Shown: positions 49,801 through 59,400 of the stretch, one piece after another | Position numbering within the stretch: the first letter of the stretch is position 1 | Layout of the letters: each line of letters begins with the position of its first letter | From: Oopsacas minuta | Taxonomy: Eukaryota; Animalia; Porifera | Length of the DNA stretch: 64,000 nt | Assembly (NCBI GenBank): GCA_024704765.1 | Contig: JAKMXF010000310.1 | Location: forward strand, 124,001-188,000 | Reading direction: 5' to 3' | Notes under the pieces: generated by a model | Seen by the model: only the letters and a program-made list of their open reading frames with translations | Databases searched by the model: none | Told to the model about the DNA's origin: nothing | Translations under genes and position numbers: made by a program

Positions 49801-50691
49801 TTAAATCAACCGTGGTCACAAATCAACAAACATTTGATTACCCATCAATTTCATCTTTATATGTTAGAAATTTATCATAGTAATTTAACAACAAACAAAC
49901 AAACAGACACTAAGGTAAACAACATTTCATGTCAAAAGTTTATCATCACAAACACCCCCAAAGATATTTTAACAGAACACTGCACTTACAACAAGATGCC
50001 GATTAAGAATATTAGTAGAGTAGACCCTCGCTAATCCGAGCAGGGACTAAAGGTTATACAACTTTTGGAAAATGTTCTAAAAATATTAAAAAGCCCTATT
50101 ACAATAGTTTCCAATTCTACTGCTAACAAATATCTAATACTATATTTCACATGTTGGCAGCCTTTTCATCGTTTATACAACTTTAGAAATACTGATCCCT
50201 AGAACCTATAGTATTGTTTCAATGCATTTCACTAATCCGAACAAATCATTTTGCAATGTAAACAGTGGTGTTAGGGTTAGCGAGGGTGTACTGTATGTAT
50301 ATTTGTAATGTGTAGCTTGTTGCTTAAGGAATATGAGGTTACAAGTGTGACACACGTGTCATGCATCAGCTAACAAGTAAAGTATAATTAATTGTTAAAA
50401 CTAAGCAATCACTTGAATATTTGTTGTATTGAATAGCTAATAGTATCCTTACATACATAATATAATAGTGAAATGAACTCTATTTGTTGAGATGCGTTTC
50501 CAATAATTAACCCGATTCAATTCGTATAAATAATCCAACTTCCTAGAAATTAAATACAGCTTAGAAAGCTGTATAAAATCAGCTATAAATATCTCTCAGT
50601 AAATCTAATACAATATACAAATAGTTAAAATTAAAATTTATTTCTCACCTGACACGATTTGATTCATGGGCCTTGACTTATAGGATCCCAT
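37858..50691 (-). CDS. TNNI3K: TNNI3K ankyrin-repeat MAP3K-like kinase, about 20 exons
   Basis: Start MGSYKSRP at 50691. Ankyrin exons near 48.8k, 48.0k, 47.3k, 46.2k, 45.5k, 45.0k, 44.8k, 42.9k and 42.5k ([17 protein letters not shown]). Then [12 protein letters not shown]; kinase [43 protein letters not shown]....[32 protein letters not shown]. The last exon (stop at 37858) is tentative. Confidence 0.92.
38566..38818 (-). other. GC-AG intron in TNNI3K
   Basis: On the minus strand the exon ends CCA G, the intron starts GCAAGC, and the acceptor is TGTAG|CT CAA GCT. The join restores KP-AQAAYDM; reading through hits a stop after GKHY. Confidence 0.8.
39162..39692 (-). mobile_element. Most complete copy of the Helitron-like repeat family (TNNI3K intron)
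   Basis: On the minus strand it starts A|TCTATATTATTAAA and ends in a GC-rich hairpin-like segment, then CGTAG|T. It shares about 300 bp with 58108-58462 and 56755-57119. Confidence 0.7.
40444..40712. mobile_element. Putative hAT-type MITE
   Basis: TIR TAGAGGTCGCA / TGCAACCTCTA with GC-rich subterminal repeats. Flanks GCATGAAT / ATCTGAAT match only partly. Confidence 0.6.
41185..41475. mobile_element. pogo/Tigger-like MITE
   Basis: TIR CAGTAGACCCTCGGTTATCCGAAC / GTTCGGATAATCGAGGGTGTACTG. Same family as 50018-50293. Confidence 0.75.
43467..44328 (+). mobile_element. hAT Buster/Charlie internal-deletion derivative that keeps the transposase N-terminus
   Basis: Perfect 16-bp TIR CAGTGGTTCTCAAACT / AGTTTGAGAACCACTG and identical 8-bp TSD AATTAGAT. 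ORF 43843-44157 ([14 protein letters not shown]....[20 protein letters not shown]...H) is the ZBED5/Buster BED finger. Confidence 0.93.
50018..50293. mobile_element. pogo/Tigger-like MITE
   Basis: GAGTAGACCCTCGCTAA / TTAGCGAGGGTGTACTG, flanked by TA on both sides. Confidence 0.75.
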
Positions 50692-52019
50692 TGAATAATA
50701 ATAATTAGTTTTCAGAAGCAATAAAGAGGGCATATAGCTAGTCGTATTTGAGATTTGTAATCTTCAGTCCGATTATCATACTCTACTCTCAGAAATACAA
50801 GTTGTAATGAGTTTGATATCAGTCTACAATACCATAAATTATCTCGACTTGTGTTCAAATTAACGATAAATTCTATCCGAATTCTACTTGGAAATACTCT
50901 ATATATTCCCCTTTGCATATAATGAGGCTATGAAAGCCCTTGGAAAAGTGTGCTAACATTAGTCTCAGTTACTCGCATGGTTTCAACCAAGTTAGAACTG
51001 AGTAATACCATGGATTGAATCGTCAGCTGTTCTCTGAGGAGACATAAGATTCTCTTCTATTATTCACTTTATCGAATCAATCTGAGTGGGCTTCATACAA
51101 ACTCTCAACTGAATCAAATGGGAATACAGGTGTAGGATGAAATAGAAATAAGTACTGGGTTTCTCAAAACAAAACAAATGTATTTAATGTGCTTAATCGA
51201 TACAACAGATATGTAGTGTGAAGTCATGCATTAAGTACTGCTATCAATTCCTTTTCAACAGGTTCCTATCTTTAAAATATGCTATTTTAATCAGAGATCA
51301 GGTAAGTCAATCTTAATAGATTACCAAAATTATGAGTAGAGCAATTTGTCTATAGAACAGAGTGATTTTCAGAATTTTCAAACTATACATAGTAAAAGAA
51401 TAAAGACATTGTATTTAGCCGAATACGGCCTGGAAAATGTGTAATATTATGACGTCAAAAAGGTGCTCAAATCTCATTTTTGGTACGGGAATTGGTTAAA
51501 ACGAAGTGGTAAAATTTTAGTGTTCCATTATATTACGAACGTAAAACTTCAGCCGTGATCGGTTAATCCTAAACACATACAATTACTATGATCTATTCTA
51601 CTGTTTCTACATTAAACAGGTAATCGTATTGCAGTGGTGGATAACCAATATTATATATACAGGGGGATCTGGGAAGGTACAAGCGATCAAAACTTAAACC
51701 TTGATCTGATTAATTGGGCCAGATGGTAAAACCATAGCTTGATTCTTAAAGCCTCAGTATATCATAATTGTTTTTTCTCCTCCCCCCTCCTAATCAGATA
51801 AATAAACTAACAACGTAATAGGCAGGCCCAAAAGTATATTTGGTATAACAAGAAAATAAATGTTATTGGATTCGGGAATTCTCATCATATTATTTGACAA
51901 AAGGAAATTTGAAATCCATAAAAACTCTGTTAAAGATAAGAAATATTATACACAAAATACAGAAATAACATACAGTTTAACATATGATAGCTCAAAAACA
52001 AACATTTGTTTATGTATAT

Positions 52020-52829
52020 TCACTGTAAAGAAGGACTTGAAGAATTTGACGAATTCCGCGTAACATATTTTCTATTACGAATAGTAAATACCATCTCTAT
52101 CATATAGAACTCTGGTATCAACGTTAGAGCTAATGCATAGAAACTAGCCACCATAAACCATTGAGAACCTGTAGCATAATTGAATAGAGGGTATGCAACT
52201 GTAGTGGGAGCAGCCGAGGTAGTAGAAATATTCATTTGTGTAGGAATCATTATGTTTGTTGAATTATTTACAAATATACGGTATGTAAACAGAAAGAATA
52301 AGTATAGGAATAATAGTATCCCTCCCATGAAGAGCAGGACAATCCTCACCATAAGAACTACCCATCTCCACCTGTTTAGCGATTTAAACACAGGTCCAAT
52401 AATTGTCTGTATTACGTAGTATATAAACCCTGGTACATATACAAAGAAAGCACCAATGAAATGGACCGTTATCGTTTCTCTATCTGACACATCAAATGAA
52501 CCTACAAGCAGCATACCAATGACTACAGTAATTGCTACCAGATATCCGATAAAGTTAAGTATTCTTATCGATAAATAATGATCTTCCCTCTCATCAAATA
52601 TTTGCTTGAATCTAATCGTGCAAATTATCAGAAATAAGAAAGCCGAGATAGTTACAACAATAGTGAATATTCCATTTTCAGGTGGGAACTCTCCAGTGTG
52701 ACTAATGGCTGGAATAAGAGCAGGGTAATGATTGAGTGCAGCTCCTATAGTGTATGTAGTTGCAACTCCAAGTACTGTCCATACTACAAATAGTATAGGA
52801 TATATCTCAAGTCTATGTTGTAGCTTCAT
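52020..52829 (-). CDS. DRAM/TMEM150 (Frag1/DRAM/Sfk1) multipass membrane protein
   Basis: P.ISHTGEFPPENGIFT, RFKQI, G...VGSF, VHFIGAF..YVPG..Y...QT, and about 6 hydrophobic segments. Single exon. Confidence 0.88.
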   Translation of the reverse strand: MKLQHRLEIYPILFVVWTVLGVATTYTIGAALNHYPALIPAISHTGEFPPENGIFTIVVTISAFLFLIICTIRFKQIFDEREDHYLSIRILNFIGYLVAITVVIGMLLVGSFDVSDRETITVHFIGAFFVYVPGFIYYVIQTIIGPVFKSLNRWRWVVLMVRIVLLFMGGILLFLYLFFLFTYRIFVNNSTNIMIPTQMNISTTSAAPTTVAYPLFNYATGSQWFMVASFYALALTLIPEFYMIEMVFTIRNRKYVTRNSSNSSSPSLQ

Positions 52830-53942
52830 TAAACTATTATCAATAGAGATGTAAAGGAAAGTTAGTTCTCAAATAAATTAGAATAATTAGGAAGAATTAA
52901 CAAACAGGAGTCTACTGTATCTATTTCTCTAGTAAACTAACAATAACAATACAGCGGCGTCCGCATAATAGCAAGTTTTTCCAATTTTCAGTGCCATTTT
53001 AATTTGCATTCGAAATTGTCCCTCTAATAGCAAAGTTAGCAAGGAAATGCTTAAAAAATACCATTGCTAATAGGTGAACTATCTGTAAATAATTAGTAAT
53101 CTAGACTCTCCTTAAATTAGTAGAAGCTCTAGCTCTAAAATGTGTTGGGCCGACGGAGTTACGTACCAGTAATTTTAATTGAAAACCAATGGGCAGTCAA
53201 ATTCGTGTTCCAAACCCCGAATTCGTTGATCGCAGTTAGTCTTTTATCTTGGAAGGGATTGTAGAGGACTGAAAATTGGATATTTCTTGGCTGTGTGTTA
53301 CTCACGTATGGAGTATAATCTGGTGCAATTCAACAGGTACGTATTGCGTTAAGAAAGATTTTGATTTACCTGATAACAATATAAGTATAAATTAAATATC
53401 TAGTGCTGTTGTTTCAATATTCTATTAGCAGTACAATATACAGGCTGTGAGCCAAATTCAAATTTTCATGGCTTAATTTCCTACAAAAAAAGGGTTTTGG
53501 AATATGTAGTGTAGCCAGAGGGAGGGTCAGATACTAAAACAAGATGAATAGGTAATTTTGCACCAATCGATGGTTTGCTTCTAATATTTGTTCATTTTGG
53601 GCTGTTCATGCACATACCTGTCATAAAATCCTGCTACACCACTGAGATATATACTCTTGATACAATACAGCTACATATCTACGCATGTAGTGCTTATGAT
53701 TTCATGATAGAGCGCTGAATAAACGGTTAAACAAAGAGAGAGTTCGAATAGCACATTCCATGTAAGGTTCAAGAATTCATCCAATTGTATTAATTATTAC
53801 TCTAAGATAGCAAATATATCCCTAAATATCCTCTCAGTTAGTCGCAACATAACTGCATACTAGTTTAAACCGCTATGTTAATCAAACAAACAGCGACATA
53901 ATGTCTCTCAATTGTAATAGCATAACCTATGAACCCAGATGA

Positions 53943-54293
53943 CTATATATAATTATACAATGAGTACATTACTACGTAGGGAAGAGAGAACATTCTAATT
54001 AGGAGATAAGCTAGCTGTTCACTTGTTATGAATAAACTCGTCATGACAAGATACTGAAATAGATGAGTGGCAAGCTGATAAGAATTGGAATTATGGTTAG
54101 AATGTGAGGGAGACTCTAAAAATAACCTCAGTATCAACAGTTCATGTGTACTGTGATAGGGTTTTATACGCAGTATACTACAAATGGCTTCAATACACTC
54201 TGAATATACATCAGCTGTGTTGTCCTTACTACTATATATTATATGAATGTAATAGCCCTCATCGGTAGAGATGGACAGGTTGGTAAGGCTCAA
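53943..54293 (-). CDS. Probable exon of an unidentified gene, with weak RasGEF-N (REM)-like similarity
   Basis: The open frame is bounded by splice-like sites. YLVMTSLFITSEQLAYLLIRMF resembles the REM helix pattern (FLLTYRxFxTxxELLxLLxxRF). Flanking exons were not resolved. Confidence 0.3.
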   Translation of the reverse strand: MSLTNLSISTDEGYYIHIIYSSKDNTADVYSECIEAICSILRIKPYHSTHELLILRLFLESPSHSNHNSNSYQLATHLFQYLVMTSLFITSEQLAYLLIRMFSLPYVVMYSLYNYI

Positions 54294-55218
54294 CCTGGAT
54301 AATTAAAATCTAATCCAAACAATATCACCAAACTCTGTCGTGCAGATTTGTTAAGAAGGGCAGCCATACAGTCTAATAATTACTGATTCCATCTTACACG
54401 CCGCAAGTATGACATACCTGACCGTTCGTTGATCCATATCGGATTTCCTTTATTATATTATTAGTGATTGCTACTGTTAATTAGCTAACTCATCCATTTA
54501 GTATTTTGAGTTTTAATATATTGTGTAATGCTGTAATCAGTGGCTCCGAATATGGTTTAGGTAGTATAAAGTTTATTATCGATTAAATTTTCAATATGCT
54601 GCATGCTGAAATTTAGGTTCGGACTGCGGACCACTGTCTGTGCATGAGATTAATACAAATATGGGCCTGTGACATCTATAGATTAGAGTCACTAGACTAT
54701 ATATTGATATTCTAGCTGAGAACTCTATAGTACTATAATTTCAATTGTTAAATAACTACTGCATGCTGAGGTATGTTATCATGGACATTGAAATATAACA
54801 AGTCAAGATACGTATGTATAATGATTATTAAACTAATAGCTATTAGAGTAACAGTCAACTTTCCCTAATTAATTCAATCCATGGATAGGTCAGCTCACAA
54901 CTAAGCTATCGTACTTCACCAAGGCGTACCATTCTAATGCTTATAAGGTATTACTAAGTATGTTGTGACCAGAGTTTCATCCGGGTTTTCACTGTAATGT
55001 GGAATATACATTTCGTATAACGATATGGAAGTCTTGGTAGAATTTTCGTACTCCTAGGGATGTACTAGCTGAAAATCTTGTGCCTGTAGTCACGCTCATA
55101 TGCCTGGATAATACCCTGGTTGTAACCAAGGATAGAAAGGATTTTAAATATCGAATTATTACTCAGCTACAGACAGAAGTTTATTAGCATAGTATTTGAT
55201 TAATAATCATTAAATTAA

Positions 55219-55575
55219 CTAAATATCTTCAGTCCAATCCTTCTTCTCAACTTTTTTCCTGGACGAGAAAGGTAATGTAATTCTCACAGTTTCAGACAAA
55301 CGCTCTTCTCTGATCTCACCTTTACTATATCTTATTATACTCTTGTAAGTCGTCTTTATTAACTCTATAGATATGTACGTGAACCAACAAGTGAATATTC
55401 CTAAAGCAATAGCTACTCTGATTTTCTCATTCCTGGTATCACCCTCTTTAACATTTTGAGATTTTGGTCTCAGTTTTGGCTTCACACGAGAAAGTTTAGA
55501 ATTGTGTCTCTTGAATATGTGTAATCTCGTTATAGATAAGAATATATTTAGATTTGATTGCGTTAAACCATTCAT
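55219..55575 (-). CDS. Hypothetical 118-aa single-pass membrane protein
   Basis: ATG-initiated ORF with a basic, acid-poor N-terminus and one hydrophobic stretch (IRVAIALGIFTCWFTYISI). No family recognised. Confidence 0.45.
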   Translation of the reverse strand: MNGLTQSNLNIFLSITRLHIFKRHNSKLSRVKPKLRPKSQNVKEGDTRNEKIRVAIALGIFTCWFTYISIELIKTTYKSIIRYSKGEIREERLSETVRITLPFSSRKKVEKKDWTEDI

Positions 55576-56406
55576 GATAACTATACATTCAAGTAGTCGG
55601 TATATAAAATGTCAGTAGATAAGGGAATGTGTGAGTTAGATGCATAGCTACCAAGATTGAGTAGACCCAATGCTGGTCACTCTAGTGACATGCTTCTCCA
55701 CCTAAGGCCTTAGTTTTAAATTCTAGTCTATATTTTAGAAATCTTAACCAAATCAACTAGTTGGAATGATTGAAATAATAGTAATTCCGACATTGTGTAC
55801 TTGTGTACGCTTAGATTGGCATCATCATGTGTATGTGTCGCTACAGGGTATATAATGTATATTATACTCATTGGCGCCAGATTTTGGAAAGAAAAACAAA
55901 CCTGGACAGTCCACCATGCGAAATTGCTGCTACCTTTATGTATGTAAATTTCACACAAATATAGTCCGCCTCTAAACCTATTGGGGGTCCGGACCCCAGG
56001 TACCCAAACTTGTCGCCTATGATTATATTCTCATATTCATTGGCTTAAGATGTGTTTATTTGAAATTCTAAGTCTATATACGTAATTATTTCTCAATTAT
56101 TGTTTGTTTGTCCCATTTACAATTGAAAAAAGTTTACATTCGAAATGTGGAAGATATCAGTAGATACTTGCTATAAACGGATATATAAATAGAAAATTGT
56201 GAAAGCCTTGAAGGGCTGGTAACCTCGGAAGTATAACATAGTACTTAAATAGTAAATACAAACATCCGGTTCAACTTATCTTTAACTACAAATTTTCAAA
56301 AACTATTGCTCTAGTATCAAACATTAATGCTAGCAATTATAAATAAACATGTTACAGACGATCTATGTAAAACATAGATACAAGTTCTATAAATAGCAAA
56401 CTCCTG

Positions 56407-59400
56407 TCAGAGGTTAGAGCCTACCTTCAGGAGGGATTCTAGCTTCTGAGTAAGAAGGATGTTCCCTTTCACTTTTAGTTTCCCTTTGAAGAATGCATCT
56501 GAAGCAGTTATCTTACCCTGTACAATAGAAATAAAGTCTTCATCTGATAGAGTAATGCTCACATCTACAGTTGATTTAGGAGCTTCTCGCTTCAGAGAGG
56601 GAGGCTTGTTCTTCAGGTCTATGACGTAGTCAGCTGCAGGCTTACCTTCCTTGGTTATTATCCAATGGAAGATACCGTTGATATTTGATACTTGTGGATT
56701 CTTTTGGATTCTAAGAATAAAATCACAAATCACCGTCTGGCCGACGTAATTTACCTTTACATATGAGAAACTTGAAACCGCGGAATTTGCATTTAGCGTA
56801 CTTTGTTACCCAATTGTAGCTCTTAAGAGCAAGTCTCTACGTATATTTTGAGATTTCAACTATTTGTTTACTAATATTCAAAAACACAACAATCAATTTA
56901 CATATGATTAATTCAAAAGTGTGAAAATCAGATTCAGCATATTAGATATAATTATTCAAGTTATAGAATTCAGTTTACATTCTTGATAAACACCATAAAT
57001 ACATAGTTACGTGGCATCTCATAATTGAGAAATTCGAATCCAAAAACATTCCATAAATCCTTTCCTTGACAAAAGACAAACAAACAAACAAACACACAAT
57101 CGAGTTTTAATAATATAGAAGATAGAATGGAAATAGTCTATAGAATTACAGTCTACATCAATTACAAATACATTACAGTAGTAATTAAATACATACACTT
57201 CACCAGAACTAATTGTATGCAGTATAATCCTGGGATTCTGACTGATTTTCTCTGATAAATGTTAACCGCTCGTCACTAATCACAATCCTATGAACTATTT
57301 TCGCAATTTGATTAATAACCGAAGTAACCCGACCACTCAATAATCGCCAACCAGGTCTATAAATAATCCGTCTGTTCTTTTATCACGCGAGCTGTGATTT
57401 ATAATAATAAATCACTTAATCGATCAAAATTCTGGAAATGTGTTTACAGATATCTTTGCAATATTACAAATGACTATCGGCCTGAAATGGGTATTGATAT
57501 TCTCACATTTTATCAGCTCTTCCCTATTGATGCTAATTTATTCCAGGGGCGGTCCAGGATTTGAATATAAAGTAAACAAATAGTTGAAATCTCGAATTAT
57601 ACTTAGAGACCTGCTCTCAACAGACATATAGGGGTAATCCAGTACGCTGAATACGAATTTCGCATTTTCAAGTTTCTCATATGTACATTTATTGTTGTTT
57701 TTATGAATATAAAGTAAACAAATAGTTGAAATCTCGAAATATATATAGAGATTTGCACTCAAAATATTTATGCGTCTCAGGTGCAAATGAATAATACAAA
57801 ACATTTTGAATTCAATGTTATAAACAGTTTCCACATGCTCTTAAATACAATCTAGCATAAACAGAGATGTATTACAGCTGTCACAATAATATCGATATTC
57901 TGTATTATGTCTATTTCACTGACACAAATAGTAAATGCAGAATGACATCTCCAAGATTCATGACGGAATATTTCAATCTTAACATTAGAGTGAGCTACAC
58001 ATAGCCTACTGCTGAGCTAAGTCTACATGTTACAGCAAAGCTACATGCAATACATGGAGTCAGATATCCCAGGGTGTGTATTACAAATTTGCATATCATT
58101 GTAAGAATCTATATTATTAAATTGTAATTGTTGTTTGTATGTCTGTTTGTTCGTTGTCAAGGAAAGGATTTATGGAATGTTGTATCCAATTCGAATTTCT
58201 CAATTCTGAGATGTCGCAAAACTACATATTTATGATTTATCGGTGTTATCAAGAAAGTAGACATAATCCAATAAAACTTGGCTAAATATATCGAATATGT
58301 TGCATCTGATTTCACATATTTGAATTAATCATGTGTAAATTTATTTGTTGGTTTATGAATATAAAGCAAACAAATAGTTGAAATATTAATTTATTAATTC
58401 AATTTGCAATTTATACCTTGCTAAATTCGAGTCACGAAGTGCCAAGTCCCATGCGAACACTGGAATTACAAATTGCCACAATTGTAATTATAGTGCCAAA
58501 TCAACAGTTTACTTATTTTGTGAGTCATTTTCAGGTAACGGAAGTTTCGCCCCAAGAAATCACGTTCCCGGAAATTTTGACGTAATACAAACAATTCTGG
58601 CATTCAAATTCAACGATATTACTACAATTTGAATTTATCTAGTGATATGACATGAACATTTGTAACTTACATAGGTATGGTATGGTGATTGGTGATACGA
58701 GTTACGGATGCACGAATAAAACTATTCGTTTTCAGGTTTTCGACAGTTGTCTATACTTAAATACAATATATAAACTACTTATATAGTTAACATCCGCTAT
58801 ATCGAACAAATATTGATTTCGTTGAGGCTTCGAGATATCGTATGTCAACTATAATGAAATAAAGTCAGGAGCAGGGTGTCATCTTATTCGTAAATATACA
58901 AATACAACTTAATATACTATACATTATATACTAACCTCTTTTCAATCTCGTAGAAGACAGCAGAAGACTTCAGTGCATTTCCATCTCCATCATCATCTAC
59001 AGGTGTACCTACCTGTGGATTACTACCAAACTTAACATCAGCATAAGCCCCGTCTATAACAACATGACCTGTTTCTTTTATCTTACACCTGACTATCACT
59101 TTACCATCATTACGACTCTCCCACATCTCAGTAATGAGGGTGTGTCCCGGAAGAACAGGTTTAGTGAATCTTCCTTTAAACCCAGTTAGACGAGAGGGAT
59201 CATTACCACAATACGTATGTATTACGTGCCTAACAGCATGGCCATAAGAGCATAACCCATGTAGAATAGGCTGACTGAACCCTCCCATAGCTGCAAAGTT
59301 AGAATCAATGTGTAGAGGATTCTTATCACCAGATAGTCTGTATAGAGCAGCCTGTGTCTCAGGGATAACTTCTCGTATAACGGAGTCTGGTGCTCGGTTA

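Noticed and set aside
57546-57562. CAGGGGCGGTCCAGGA as a second copy of the 3756 MITE
   Set aside because: Only one TIR-like end is present; no partner end or TSD was found.
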